Below are positions 1 through 14,615 of a DNA stretch of 64,000 nt, piece by piece; within the stretch, counting starts at the first letter, position 1; each line of letters begins with the position of its first letter. The position numbers and the translations under genes are program-made. Under the pieces are notes generated by a model. The model had not been told where the DNA came from and searched no databases. It saw nothing but the letters and a program-made list of their open reading frames with translations. Source of the stretch: the human T2T-CHM13v2.0 reference genome, Homo sapiens; NCBI RefSeq assembly GCF_009914755.1, contig NC_060925.1; one strand, given 5' to 3'.

Positions 1-296
1 TTTAATTGTCTGAGCTTTACTCTCTGCCCCCTTAAATACATTCTACTTACTATTTACGGTTAAATTAATGTTTTATAAATATGTAAAATTTTATTTCACA
101 AATACTCGAGAAATAACCTGTCAAAGATATTTTTCATGTTTCAGCAGATTTACCATTCTCCTTGATGTGTTAATAGTAAAACCTATTAAAACCTGTCTTT
201 TAGAGGGCTGAAACTATCCCAGTTAGGCTCAAGCACTGCCCTCCTTCTTTATCTAGTCAATTTCTACTTATATTTATGCTTATTTCAGATATATTT

Positions 297-624
297 TCTT
301 TCATTTTTTTTTGTTTGTTTTTTGTTTTTTGTTTTTTGTTTTGAGACAGAGTCTTGCTCTGTCACCCAGGCTGGAGTGCAGTGGTGCGATCTCGGCTCAC
401 TGCAACCTCGGCTTCCTGGGTTCAAGCGATTCTCCTGCCTCAGCCTCTTGACTAGCTAGGACTACAGACGCGCGCCACCATGCCAGGCAAATTTTTGTAT
501 TTTTAGTAGAGACGGGGTTTCACCATGTTGGCCAAGCTGGTCTTGAACTCCTTAACTCAAGCGATCTGCCCACGTCAGTCTCCGAAAGTGCTGGCATTAC
601 AGGCATGAGCCGCCGAGCCCAGCC
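297..624 (-). mobile_element. Alu (AluS-like), full length
   Basis: T-rich tail followed by antisense Alu body (GAGACAGAGTCTTGCTCTGTCACCCAGGCTGGAGTGCAGTGG...). TSD TTCAGAT(A/G)TATTT at 284-296 and 625-637. Confidence 0.95.
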
Positions 625-639
625 TTCAGATGTATTTCA

Positions 640-930
640 ATGGTCACTTCCTCAAAGAAGCTTTCCTTCCTTTTTTCTTGGTTTAGTTTTAAGTTCACTT
701 GTTACCGGTTATTAGTGACTAACACATAAGCTGATGCTCTTTTATTTACCTCAGTTTATGATCAGCCATTTATTGCTGCAATTTTTTTCTGTCGGTACCT
801 GTTTCTACTACTAGACTGTGACCTCATGAGATCAGAAGCTGTATCTACTTTTCCTTCGCGTTATATTCCCAGTGCCTCACACAGTATGTGACCCATCTTG
901 TGGTTCAATAAATAATTGTTTAGTGGATTA
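640..930 (+). mobile_element. L2 3' end relic
   Basis: CTAGACTGTGACCTCATGAG...CCCCAGTGCCTCACACAGT...TCAATAAATAATTGTT resembles the L2 3' terminus. Boundaries approximate. Confidence 0.55.
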
Positions 931-1975
931 GTAAGTATTTAAGTTCAAGGTATGGATAACTAATGATAGTTTAATATGTCCCATATACTAAGTGCATTTT
1001 CAGGCAAGGGGAGAAAATATCTTAAAGGAATCTCCAATAGAAAATTTCAAGCATCTTCAACATGACGAAGAGAAAACTCTCCGTGGGAAGGGTTAGTGCT
1101 CCTTCCTATCACTCTTCAATGGATGCCACATAAGTGGCCTTCTAGTCCCTGCAATAAGATACAATAAGATATTGAGGATAGTTGCCTGCATTCTCAGAGT
1201 GTGTCACATTCCAGCTCCCTTTCTGTGACTGTGAACTCTCATCTTCCTCCAAACGGCCCTGCAGGGTTGATGGCTCTACATCAAGCAGCTAGGTTAGAGT
1301 TAGGAGATAACTTAAGCAATGGGATAGTAATGTTGTCCTTGCCCTGGGCTTAAAGTGACCTGGATAACACAAGATCCTTAGTACCGTCAGGCTTTTTCCT
1401 CTTTTTTTGTACCTTTGCATCAACATTATAAAAGTGATTGAAATTGCTATCCTCGGTTGGTGTGGAATTAAGGGGAGTCTTTGGTCCTTATAACCATTAA
1501 AGTCTTAATTAAGTCAAAAATGGGAACTCATTACCTCCTGTGCTGCTCCTGTGATCTAGCTTTCAGATTACATCACTGCCATAAGTGTGGGCCTGCAGTC
1601 TCTGCTTCTAACCAAAAGGCACCTTTTGCTCCAGAATGGTCATCATACAATCTTGTCTCTTCACAAAGGTTGTAGTCAACTTCTCATTGAACAATGCTTC
1701 TTTTTTTATTATCTAGAATGGCAGAAGGGATATAACATTTGAGCTTCAGGACAATGTTGGAACTTAAAAAAATTCCAGTGCAATGTAAAAGGCAAGTTAT
1801 ACATTTCTTGAGGAAAAAAAAAGACTATCTTACCCATTTTTAATGGCTTTCTCAGTAACTAGCAATTGCTGGTACTAGGCAAAAATTGTTCATTGGTTAA
1901 CTGATTGTTTTTTAGTTGGACTGAATTGACACCATTGGTCAGGGTACCCACACTGTGTTAAATAAGAGTTGAGAT

Positions 1976-2165
1976 CAGTGGTTCTTGAAATGCTGGTCCT
2001 AGGGCTACAGCAGGATCACTTTGACAGTGCTTAACAAAAGCAAACTACCATGCCGCACCATCCAAATAGTATGGTTCCTTGTGCATAGGATGATACCCTG
2101 AAAGCTGTGTTTTATAAATGTTCTCTACATGATTTACCAGATTTCAACAAATCTAAAATGCAATC
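1976..2165. mobile_element. MER5-like hAT-Charlie relic
   Basis: Begins CAGTGGTTCTTGAAA, followed by a degenerate MER5-like body (GCAGGATCACTT...GTGTTTTATAAATGTTCTC...TGATT). Confidence 0.4.
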
Positions 2166-2375
2166 AGCTATAGATGGGAGCATTATTTTACCTAGTTCTA
2201 GGAAAGAAAAAATGTTGTCAATTACACTGTAACACAGTGCTCATGATGTCATTGATGATAAGTTGCTTCCCAATGTTAGAGTTGTTAAAATCTGAAAACC
2301 CTGATTTAGATCATTTGGAGTGAAACAGGGTGCAGTGATGTTGAGGATAATCATGAAGAAACAACATTGGGTCAC

Positions 2376-2405
2376 AGGAGGAGGAGGAGGAGGAAGACGA
2401 CGACA
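2376..2405. repeat. (AGG)n/(GAC)n short trinucleotide tract
   Basis: AGGAGGAGGAGGAGGAGGAAGACGACGAC read directly. Confidence 0.8.
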
Positions 2406-2774
2406 GCAAGTAGGTAAGTAAATACTATTAACTGGGAAAAACCTACAGCCGCTTTCTATTTATCAATGAATAAGGTTGCAAATTGCTTCATGTGAATCTC
2501 CTTCTTTATGTCACAAAACTCAGAACACTAGGTCAAACAAAGCTTTTGGTTCAGTTTATAAATTCATTTTTGTAAGAAGCATAAAAAAATGAAATATTTA
2601 ACCACATGAGCTATTTATTTAGATGCCTTTTTTGAAGGAAAAAATACAAAAAATATGATCTTATAATTATAGCAAAGAGAAACAGGAAATGATATTTATG
2701 TCAATGGTCAAGTAGATCTGATGTGGCAATTTGGATCTGTCAACCTGTGTTAACCTGGATAAGTCACACTTTAT

Positions 2775-3080
2775 CAAATCTGCCCAATAGAAATATAATA
2801 AGAACCACTAATGAAACTTTAAATTTTCTAGTAGCCATATTTCAAAAAGTTAAAAGAAACACATGAAATTAGTTTTATTAGTCTATTTTATTAAATATAA
2901 CATAAATAAGTATTATCACTTAAATATCTTATCAATAAAATAATGATGAATGAGATATTTAACATATTTTTCACATTGAGTTTTCAACTCTGGTGTGTAT
3001 TTTACACTTATATCACATATCAGTTTTGACTAGCTACATTTCAAGTGCTCAATTGCCAAGTGAATATTGGAAAGTGAAGC
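2775..3080. mobile_element. MER33-like hAT-Charlie DNA transposon
   Basis: CCAATAGAAATATAAT...AAATTTTCTAGTAGCCA...GGTGTGTATTTTACACTTA...GACTAGCTACATTTCAAGTGCTCAAT match the remembered MER33 consensus. Confidence 0.8.
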
Positions 3081-3807
3081 TTTATATTCTCTCTAGCAAT
3101 TTATATATCTAAAAATTATAAGAGTATTTGTCTCTCTACAATTACTTCATGTTGATGTAGCAGGGAAACTTACTGGAATGGGTGTTAAACTCCCTTAGAG
3201 AAGACTTCTATCCCATTTTTTATTATCATAGTTATTTAAAAACATAAATACAAAATGAATATGGTAATATGTTCTTGAAAATGAAGCTTGTATATATAGC
3301 TTTATCTAACTCAAAAACAAATTATGTTACATTGACAGGCATAGCCTTATGTAACTCATATACATATTTTACATATACACATAGTAGATAAATTTGTATA
3401 TATGTCAGCCTCAAAATCAGATTCAGATTTTGCTCATAAAAGACTCTGAATAGATAGCTGAAATATATGGAATATAAAAAATGTAAGACAGTCCCTGCTC
3501 TCGAGGAATTTACACTCCAGTTGAGGAAAAATGTCTATACTCTGTCTAAATGCAGGAGCTCCAGTGTGCTCTAAAATACTTCTCAAATTACCTTCACACA
3601 CTGGAATTCTGTAATGTTAAATATAACATGAAATACACAAGATATTAGATAGATGTTACATATCCTTTTGGCAGGCAGGAATTTTCATTGTAATGAATTC
3701 ATGTAATAGATGACCAGTAATCTTACTGAGCATCAATTCTGATGCCATAGAAATTTGAATTCTCAGAGGATTTCAAAGTAACCCATAGTACACTTAAAAC
3801 AGCTCTT

Positions 3808-4131
3808 GCTGGGCATGGTGGCTTGTACCTGCAATCCCTTTGGAATTACAGAACTTTGGGATGCCAAAGTGGGAGGATCACTTAAGCTCAGCCTTTCAAG
3901 AGCAGTCTAAGCAACATAGAGAGACCACATCTGTAGAAAGAATTAAAAAATTAGCCAGCTGTTCTGGCCAGTGCCTGTAGTCCTAGCTACTTGGAGGCTG
4001 AGGCAAGAGTATCCCTTGAGCCTAAGAGGTTAAGGCTGCAGTAAGCCATGATAGCACCACTGTACTCCAGCCTGGGTGACAGTGACAGGGTGAGACCTTG
4101 TCTCAAAAGCATACATACATACATACATACA
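3808..4131 (+). mobile_element. AluJ-like element with (CATA)n tail
   Basis: Diverged two-arm Alu with J-type GGAGGATCACTT. Tail converted to CATA repeats. TSD-like AAACAGCTCTTG / AAGCAGTTCTTG. Confidence 0.92.
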
Positions 4132-7100
4132 AGCAGTTCTTGTGGTATCATCTTAGTTTTTGTAATGGTTCTTAATAAACCATGTATGTCTGCCCTTGGA
4201 ATGACATGACTACAAAAATAAATACTGATTATGATTGTAAAATATAATCAAAATCAAATTTACCACTAAGAACCACAGAAACCATTGAAGTCAAGCTGTA
4301 TTCTACATAAACATGTCCTAAATTTAATTTTTCCTTGAGAATTTCCAAGTCAAAATAGGAGACTCCCATGCCACATGAAACCACATGCTCAGACACTGCC
4401 AATGGGCAGCCACATGGCTGTTAGTCAGCTCTTTCTTCCTTTGACACCCCTGCCTGATAAATGCTAGATATGTTGATTCATGGTCTTTTGCAGATGCCTT
4501 AAAATCTCCTGAATAAGAAATGGGAAAGAAAATCCCCTGTTCACTTATTGTATCAATTTAATACCAAGTTAAGAAATCCTACTTGTGAATGAAATCCTGT
4601 TTTCTGAGTTGAACATTCAAACAAATTGCAGTACAAGAAGCCAAATAGAGAAGTGCAGTGATAAAATATCAAAGATTAAAAGCCTATTTTATTTTAGTTC
4701 TTTTGAATCTTTCTCTCATTAGCCTTTTATTTTACATCCTTCTCCAAAATTGCCTGATGTCTGATGGTTCTGAAGAGAAAATGGAAAAGGATCTTGGCAT
4801 CTTATCAGAAGCCGAATTATTGAGTAGATTTACATCCCTCCATAAGGTTGGCTTAGAGATATGTATGTCTCCCATCAAGCTCATATAACCTTCCCTCTGA
4901 CTTAAACCACAGGTAATCAATTCCATGGCAATAGAAAGAGACTTACCTATTTCTTGGAAAAGAATAGAACAAACAAATGGTTGGACAACTGCAGCTGTAT
5001 TAATATACATGAGAAAGAAACACCTAGTGTTATTCTACAAAAACGAATGAATGAATAAATAAATAGACTCTAAGCACTTTATTCTTCTCACATAATTTCT
5101 TCCCAGTGACATTATTGAACAGGCTGTTGAAAACAAACATCGTTAAATGAGAAAAGAAGAACAGCAGCCTTTCTTATTCTCCGCTGCAACATTTTCCAAT
5201 GACGAATGCTCCCTAAATGGATTTAGCTTTTTGAAAAGAAGTCAGAGAGAAATCTGATGTGGCTCCCTGACCCCTGGTAAGCACATGTATCTTCACCTGT
5301 CACATAACACACTGGCACTTGCTTACTTTTCAGCAAAGACTATTGATTTTGCTTATTGGCTGCAGGCGAGTCCATAAAGAACAAATTACAAAGTCAGAGG
5401 TCCACAGTTAGCAATTGCTTGCGTGATAACAGGGACTTCACTTCACCCCACACCATTCACCATTAACATTCTCACAACCCCAGCCAAAGGAGAAACCTGG
5501 GTAAGAAAACTAGGATGTGTTTTAAACTGTTGTAAAGTCAGTGTTGTATACAAAGGTTTCTGTAAAGGATAAAACCACAGGAAATGGGCTACAATTGTAG
5601 GGTATAGTACACGGGAGTGTGTGTGTGTACATTTGTCAGTAATGAAGGGAAAGCAGAACCCTTAGAGAAGAGAAGACACACCATTCTAGATATAGAAAAG
5701 GGAACAGGAATGGGCATCACATGTAGCTGTGAAATTATTTTTGAGGCTTAAAATATAATCACATAGACTGATTTAGGTATATTTTTGCCTAAAGGCAATT
5801 TATGGACTGGGCGATTTCTCAAGATAGCTTCTAGGCTGAAGAATGTATGATTTTCTTCTGAGAGATTTAAGGATGGCAGAACATGTTTGCTCTATAATTA
5901 AACAAAGTCTATAGGTCAAACTCCAACAAATAAACCAAAATAAGATGGAAAGCAATGTGACTCAGCTCAACTTGATGACACGAAGTTGACCACTCTTTCA
6001 TTAATTCATTACTATCAGCACCTTAAATAGTTTAATCAACTAGATCAAGCATACAGTGAGCTGAATCTATTGTATAAACTCCTGAAAACCATTTTTCCAT
6101 GTGACAATTTTCAATAGGGCTACAGTCCAAAATATGTTGATCACTATAGCCAATAGCCTGAAAATCTGGGGAAATTAGTGGATGTATTTATAATAATTAT
6201 TATAGATTATCTGACATTTTTTGGACCTAAGATTATAGTCTAAATCTAAACATGACGACAGTCATAATTAAAGTGAAGAGACATAGGATTAAAAAAAATA
6301 CAGGTCATAAAATTCCTATATCATTCACATAAATGAATCTTCTAGCATTTCTAATTCTTCAGAGGGCAGATATTAGAGTCATGTATTGGAGGTATGAAAT
6401 TACGGATGGACGTGGAGATGGAGAGGGGCTCCACTCTAAGGTTTCATGGAGCTTGATCAGGAAAATAAATACTTGAGAAATATATGCAAAAATTATCATC
6501 AGGTCATGTTGGCCACATAGAATAGATACCCAATAATCAAGATTATCACAGAGCCCTGAGGTTCAGGCATGTGCTTTAACCCTAGCATTTAAAAAAAACT
6601 GAAGATTTAGTCTGACTTTTGCACTTATTTGCTGAAAGTCACTTACTATATTTGAGGGATGCCATGATAAAGAGACCAATCCACAGGCCTTAAATAGCTG
6701 CACGGAAAGAAAAACTTCTAAATATATCTCCCCACAAGGCATGGACCCTTATGAATATTAGTATGCATTAACATCATTTTGACAGAACTGCTGAACTAGA
6801 TTGCAGTTTTAAGTGAAAATTAGAATCCTGGTCACTTTATTTCAGATGACACCTCAGAGATTCCCAGGTAAATTCACCCCAGAGAGAGTTTTCAAGAAAT
6901 GTTTGGCTATGCAAATTACCTGCTAAAATGGATCTGGTTGCAATGGCTTGCAGGAGGATTATGTGAGCTTGGAATGAAAATGACAAGTCCGGCTTGGGGC
7001 TCAGGGTATGAAACACAGTTGAGAGTTATTGGCTGCCCCCTTAGGCCTTATAAAATACACAGAATGTCGAGCAAGGAAAAGTCTCAGACTAAAGCCAAAC

Positions 7101-8259
7101 TTTTTGCATTCCCATGATGCTCCCCTAACATCCCTCCTATCTCCCTTGGAGTCCCACAGCCCTCAAGCACGTGGACTTTTTGCATTGTCAGGTGGATGGA
7201 ATAAGTTTGTCATCATCTTCGGCTAGTAGTAGCTGTGAACTGGTTTGGGGATTGAGAGAGGAGTTGGGACATTTATGATCTTCCACAATGATTGCTATTG
7301 CTAATTCTGCTGTGAAATATGCAGAGCATCTGGAGAGGGAATTCAATAAAGTGTGGCCAAAATAGCACTCACTTTATGCCCTAGCTTCTGGCAACCGTTT
7401 AAGACAGCACTGAGACAGATCATATGACTTCAGCCCTTGCAAGACCTCATCACTTTTCATGGGAGAACTGAAAAGTGCTGATCCTGGAGCGTTTATGCTG
7501 ATGGAACACAGATAAAAATCTGCAGGTGTAACTTTTTTAAAATTTAGTACATGAAGCATAAAAAATATATCAGTCCCACTATACATCATTGAGACCCAAC
7601 TGCACACCATCTTGTAGACAGAAAAATACCATCAGACTCTTTCAATGTGTAAGAAAGCATATACAGACCTATGCCATAACAAACAAAAAGTTTATAAATG
7701 CCCCCTCTGTAATGTGTAAAATATATCAAGTAGGGTATTCACTTATTATAACCCTAAGGGTACCTATCTTTTCCATGTAAATATATCAAATATTACTGAC
7801 ACATATTTTCATCACCTAATTTGTCATAGAATGAAAGCTTGTTCTGTGGAATGCTTGAAGAAATATTGAGAGGAAAAAAAAAGATAAAGAAGACGGGTAG
7901 TTCCGTAAGAACCAGAGGTGTAAATAGCTAGGCTGTAGATGAAGGGAGAAAAGAAGAAAATAATGGAACCCTAGTAGAAGGATGACCTTCTGAAGGTACA
8001 CTGAAGTTAGGTCCTAATTTCCTCATGAAAAGGTGAATTAAACTAGATTTGGAATCTAATTCAAAACTCAGTCCTAAGAACTCAATCAAGAAAATCAGCT
8101 TTGGTCATGCAAAGACAGTTTGTATGCTTCGAAGATACACAAATCCACTTTTTCCTAACGTAGGGGAGCTTATAGTAAATCACAGAATATAATGAAGTTG
8201 TTTTGGAAAATGGTTTTAATTGCCTGGTTCCTGTGGCCTGAAGAAATTAAAAGTGCTTT

Positions 8260-9180
8260 ACCAAATTTACCAAATCCTCACCTCCTTCCAAATGCTTCCT
8301 CAAACATAAGATGTCTGAAATTCACACCATCTTCAAACCCACTTCACCCTGCCATCTTCTTTTTCTGAGCTCAGTTTCGTAGCTCCATGAATGACGCAAC
8401 CAGTACTTGAGATGGAAATGTTGATGTCTTTTCTAAAAAAATAGAGACAGGGTCTTTCTCTGTTGCCTAGGCTGGAGTGCAGTGTCATGATCATAGCTCA
8501 CTGTAATCTCAAGCTCCTGGGCTCAAGCGATCCTCCTGCCTCCCCCTCCTGAGTAGCTAGGACTGCAGGCATGCTCCACCATGTCCAGGTAATTTTTAAA
8601 AAATGTTTATAGAGACAGGGGTCTCATGATGTTGCCAGGCTGGTTTTGAACTCCTGGCCTTAAGTGATTCTCCTGCCCTAGCCTCCCAAAGCGCTGGGAT
8701 TACTTACAGGCATGAGCCACCATGCCTGGCCCTGAAGCCTTTCTATGAACCTCTTTTTCCTTTTTTCCCCTACATCCTCAGTCACCAGGTTTCACATATT
8801 TTATGCCTAAATAATCTGACCTATAATTTTCTCCCTCCAATTCTTAATTGAGACCCTTTTAATGCTTTCTCTTAATTATTATACTTCCTAACTTTGTAAT
8901 GATGTAACTCAGATGTCACTCACCTATCTTAATAAGTCCTCCTCACTGCTACCAGAGAAGTCCTGCTAAAGGAAAACCTGCTTATGTTACTCTCCTGTAC
9001 TAAACCTTTCAATGGCTCCCTCTTGCCCTCTAGAATCAAATCTGAATACCTCAGGGTGGCATGAAGGACATTTCCTCTTCTGACCTCTGGCTTTCTATTC
9101 AGCCTCATCTTCCAAAACCCTACATTCACCCATATTCACAGTCCACTTCTAGCTAAAAGAAGCCATTCCTCTGCCCCCCT
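8260..9180 (+). mobile_element. L2 relic (interrupted by AluJ)
   Basis: CCTCACTGCTACCAGAGAAGTCCTGCTAAA...AAACCTTTCAATGGCTCCCTCTTGCCCTCTAGAATCAAATCTGAA is typical of the L2 3' region. Boundaries approximate. Confidence 0.55.
8436..8731 (-). mobile_element. AluJ-like element
   Basis: Antisense Alu with J diagnostics (GATCATAGCTCACTG, GGGCTCAAGCGATCCTCC). Confidence 0.93.
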
Positions 9181-10630
9181 GCACCTGCTTCCCTCAGCCC
9201 ATTCACTGAACTGGACTTCAACAATGAATAAAGAAGAAAATGTAAAGCCCATAGACCAAAGATTCCTAGACTGTGTTTTAAGATATATCCAAGCAAACCA
9301 TATTTTTACATTTCCTCAAAATGTGTCTCTTTCATCAGCTTGGTTCCTACACACCAAAAGAACCCTTTGAGGTTTCAGACCATTATCTTTGTTATGAGCT
9401 CTGAAAAACTCATTTGGAAACTCTGAGCTGGGTAAAAGCCTGAATCTGCCTTCTCTTCAAAAATATGAATGCTATTATATGAGTGGAAAGTTATGTGTAT
9501 GTAGGCAACCAGGAGACTCTAGGAGCGACTGGAAATTTTAAAAAGACACCAGGTGGTATTTTAAGAATATTTTTTCTACTATAAGACCTTATCAGCAAAA
9601 TAACAGGCTGTAGTCTAGGACATCTGATCCCCTTGGAAACCACTGAATCATTTCAAAACAATGAAAAACAGTCGCCAAAAATCCCAGTAACTGAGTGTCT
9701 ATGAAGAAACTTCTCTAGTAAGCACCAACTTGTACTCCACATAGATATAATGTTTATGAGGATTTTGAATTTATAAAAGATAATGTTCTAGCCTAACATG
9801 GAATTTAATAGCACACATCCATTTGTATATTGACACTTAAAGAATTAAAAGAGCAGATCTATCCACATGGCACTTGGTAGAGACTGGTGTTTGAAGGTCC
9901 CTGAAGGGCAGCACTGCCAAGTGTACAGAGGAGAGAATCTTTCTTTTCTTTGCAAGAGCAGCGGTGAGAATACCTTCGCATCTCTGGCTCCAGAAGAAGC
10001 TTTATTATTCTTGCAGGAGGCAGAAGAGAGAATCAGGCTGATGGTCTTGAAACAGTCAAAGCCAAATATGACCGAGCAATAAAGTGTTGTGGATGCCTTT
10101 AAACTGAGGCCTCTTGCAGTTGCCTAGTTCAATACTGAGAAAAAAATTCAGAAAAATTTTTTTACAAGTAACCCAATTAGCACCTAAGGGAACCGTGTAA
10201 TTTGAGTTTTAAATAAGTCACTTCAAGAAACAACTCTCTCATCTTCAAATTCAGTTTGAGCTGATTCAAATTCAGTTATTTCTTCAATCATTACTGTACA
10301 TGTATACTCAATTGAGATTTTATTAATGCTTTTCGGTTGTTTGATCCTGCATTCAGACTGTGAATAATGGCTTTATCTCTGTTATTACCAAACAGACATG
10401 AAATTTTTGAACTACATAGTTGTCTAAGAAGCAAACATCCTACAAACATACTTTTCCAGTTCTCAGAGGGATGAAAATCAAATGTTTTTATCATGACGCT
10501 TGAAAATTTTCTAACAGATTGTTATTTTTACCTGCATTTCCAGAAGCAAATCCTGAGAGATGAATTAACTGTCCAGAAGTCTTATCTAAGAAGAAAATAT
10601 ATACTTCCATTACATCAATCTCTGCTGTAA

Positions 10631-10987
<357 letters not shown>

Positions 10988-11429
10988 TCCTCTCCCCTTC
11001 TTTAGACAATTGTCTCATTATGGTTTGGCTTGGCTCTGTGTCCTAGACTCAGGATGGCCAATCGGGAGTCATTACTGCTCTTTCCTGCATTACAATTCAC
11101 GCAGTGGATCCTAAGAGATTTGTGCACGTTACTCATTTCTCCAATAGTTCCACGTACCACAATCTGCCCTTATTCCAGCCCTTTCCAATCTATGAGTTCT
11201 CAAAAAAGGAAATGCCAGAGCTTACATTCCATTGAGAATGCTCTTAACTCTAAAGTACACACAGAATATTCTCATGGTACAGACTGCTTTATCGCTTTAG
11301 TTTAGTATCTACGAAAAAAAAAACCACTAATACGGTTGAAGATATCATATTTAAACTGGATGTGAGATCTTTTGGCAACTTCGATTTCTAGGACACTTCC
11401 AAGTACTCCTTGGTAGTATGTTATAATTA

Positions 11430-11550
11430 CTACTAATAATAACTTACATTTATTGAGTACTTACTATATGCAAAACTATATCTTTTTTAATCCTCATAGC
11501 AATCCTATAAAATAGATACTCTTACTACCTCTTATTTTACAGATAAAAGT
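11430..11550 (-). mobile_element. MIR fragment
   Basis: TAATAATAACTTACATTTATTGAGTACTTACTATATGC...TTAATCCTCATAGCAATCCTAT...TTTTACAGAT. Confidence 0.7.
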
Positions 11551-12679
11551 AGGCTTCCCATGTGCCACTACACACATTATTACCAAGACTGTAAGTACCC
11601 ATTAGCAAGTCATCACCTCCCCAGAATGCTGAAACTGAAATAGGTCCTCCAATTTCTCAGGAAACTAAAGTCTACCACCCACACAGCTTTTAAATAGTGC
11701 AGCATTTTCCCTCATGGTCCCCAACATTGTGTAATCTAATGTTTCAGAAAATGTGATCCCTCTTAAAGGCAAAGTCTTCACTCAGTGGAAATCAATGTTC
11801 ACTTTTTGTGTGAAATGCTTTACCTTAAAGAATAAACACTGTGTTTTGTGTATATGTCAGTCATAGAATATACTGAATATTGAATACAGTTGATGCTATC
11901 AAATATCTATGATTTACCTATTTATTATATCGATTTATTATAATGGCCTATTATAATGGTAATATGATAGCATCCTACTGTTAGCATTAATTTGTAGCAT
12001 TTCATGTTAATATCATCAAACTTTTGTCACAAAGATCGATTAGCCATCATTATAAATAATTTCAATTTCAATTTGTCTACAAAAGAACTTGTTTTCTTTT
12101 TCAACATATCTAGGAGATTCTCTACACTGATAGGAAGTCACAATTAAATCTGACATAATTTTCTCTTTGACCACTCACTTATACCCTTCTTGTGGGCCTG
12201 GACTGCATGTCACTAGATAAGTTTCTTTCTGACTATGAGATTCTTTCATCAAATAGGCCTGGTTCACAAACTAGAAAATAACCAGCTTATATTATTATTT
12301 AAAGGAAATATCAGGGACCCAAAGTATCTTTGATCTGGTTTTGTCTGTCTTGAGAGTTCAAATCATAATATTATAGCAAGTCAGAGCTGGGAGGAAACTT
12401 AAGAATGAATTTCAATTCCCACATACTGTAGAGAAAATGGGATTCCAGAGAGATCAAATGACTGATTTCTGAACATACAGGATTAGTAGTTTCTGACTCA
12501 TAGTTTATGGCCTGTGCCACTTTTTCACACAGTTTCATGACGGATATTCTGAAAAGGGAAACAGATTGTTGATTGAATTGAATAATCACGACACATGAAG
12601 AGAGGCATCCTGCTCATGTATCTATACAAGGCAGGGTAGCAAGAAACCAGTACCAGGGTAGCCCCCACTAATTCATTGA

Positions 12680-12890
12680 CTCCACAAACATTATGCTAGG
12701 CATTTTGTTTCTGTTACATCTTTCAAAACACATGATAACTCCAAAAAGTTTTCCATATGAGATAGAGAAGCTGGGGGAACTCAACTAACTTGGCTGAAGT
12801 CACGGATTTAGTAAATGGCTCGTCTAGGTTTCAAAACTTAAGTTTTTCTGACTCTAAGCCAGGTTCTTGTCAGTATGATATGCTGTTTAG
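12680..12890 (-). mobile_element. MIR fragment
   Basis: AACTAACTTGGCTGAAGTCACG...TAGTAAATGGC...TCTGACTCTAAG is an antisense MIR core. Confidence 0.55.
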
Positions 12891-14075
12891 CATTTGAGCA
12901 AAGGGAGGTGATTTATTGTTTTAAAATAGAGTGATATATTGGAAGAGAGTGTTAGGAACTGAAAACTTGGCTTTCCTTTTCAGCTCATTGGAGAGACTGC
13001 AGAGTAAAAAGTATACAGGATGAGAACTGTTTGCTCGCTTACAGTGTGAACATTCTGTACTTTTCATCATAGCTGTTTGATATTTTAGGACTATTGATTA
13101 GGTGATTTTTCTGACGAGGTACTTTATTTTGTGGGTTGTTTCAATGTCCGGCTGCAACTCATTTTAGCAAAATGACACGCCTCTTCCCTGCCAAAGAGTA
13201 TGTAATGTAACATGACTCATCAGAAAAGTAACATGACACATCAAAAATAAATGCTCATGACTACTGATTTAGGTAGCTAATAAAGGCAAGAACATTGTAT
13301 TATTTATGTCTAGATAATATTCATGGATAATTCATTTTGCTCAAACCCCTAGAGATGAAGCTGCTAAGGCAAATGCACTGTTTCTGTGGACTTTGCTAAA
13401 TCAAACCAGATGTGCTGCAAGATACATTTTTATCAAAAGTTCTACTTTATAAATAGGCCCACCAGCCAGACTCATTTTCAGATACCTTGTCTTGGGTATT
13501 ATGAGAAACAATCTGTTTCAGAGAACTAAAGTTTCCCAAAAGGTTTCTCACTATGAACTAATATTTGTTTTAATCCTTTACCCTCATTGTACTCCTCAAA
13601 CCAGGGTGGGAAGATCTTGCTAAAAAGTAGAAAGGAATCACTGGTCTAACTCCTGCTTTATTGGGCTAGAGATTAAGGTGTATTTCAATAAAACAACAAT
13701 CAGTAACACAGAGATACATATTAATGAAGACTCCCTTATTTGGATATTTTTTATAGTTCCCTACAATTTAAATAGCTTCTAACTTTCTAAATTGTCAATA
13801 TAACCTATGTACTTCATTCCTTTTATTTGGATTATTGCCATCATTCCTTGGAAATGTAGAAGAGCACATGGAAGATTCTATACAAAATGGGAGGCAATTG
13901 AGCTGATGGGAAAGAACAGAGACTGGAGACTAAGATAGACCTTAGTTCAAATACTCATGTCACCATTTACTTTTTGTGCAGTCCTGGGAAAGTCAATCTC
14001 TTCATGCCTCAGACATCTTCTCTATAATATCCTACTTTTTAGGATGGCTATGAGGCTTAAATAAGATAATGTGTG

Positions 14076-14574
14076 CATATGCATGTTCATAATAGCACAA
14101 TTTGTAATTGCAAATATATGGAACCAGCCCAAATACCCATGAATCAATGAGTGGATAAAGAAAATGTGATATATATATATATATACACATATACATATAC
14201 ATACGCACACACCATGGAACACTACTCAGCCACAGAACAGAATGAAATAATGGCATTCACAGCAACCTAGATAGAATTGGAAACCATTATTCTAAGTGAA
14301 GTAACTCAGGAATGGAAAATCAAATATCATATGTCCTCACTCACAAGTGGGGGGTAAGCTAAGAGGATGCAAAAGCATAAGAATGATACAATGGACTTTG
14401 GGGACTTGGAGGAAAGGGTGGGGGGCTGAGGGATAAAAGACGACACATTGGGTACTGTGTACACTGACTGCTTGGGTAACGGGTACACCAAAATCTCAGA
14501 AATCATCACTAAAGAACTTATTCATGTAACCAAACCACCTGTTCCTCAAAAACCTGTTGAAATAAAAATTGTTT
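14076..14574 (+). mobile_element. L1PB-type 3' end (5'-truncated)
   Basis: L1 3'UTR (GGAACCAGCCCAAAT...AAGAATGATACAATGGACTTTGGGGACT...CACTAAAGAACTTATTCATGTAACC). 14-bp TSD TAAGATAATGTGTG at 14062-14075 and 14575-14588. Confidence 0.92.
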
Positions 14575-14615
14575 TAAGATAATGTGTGTATAGAGCCTTG
14601 CACATAGTAGTTGCT

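Noticed and set aside
2330-2418. GGA-rich tract followed by AG|GTAAGT donor
   Set aside because: No clear acceptor or recognisable reading frame. A simple repeat explains the acidic/Gly-rich translations.
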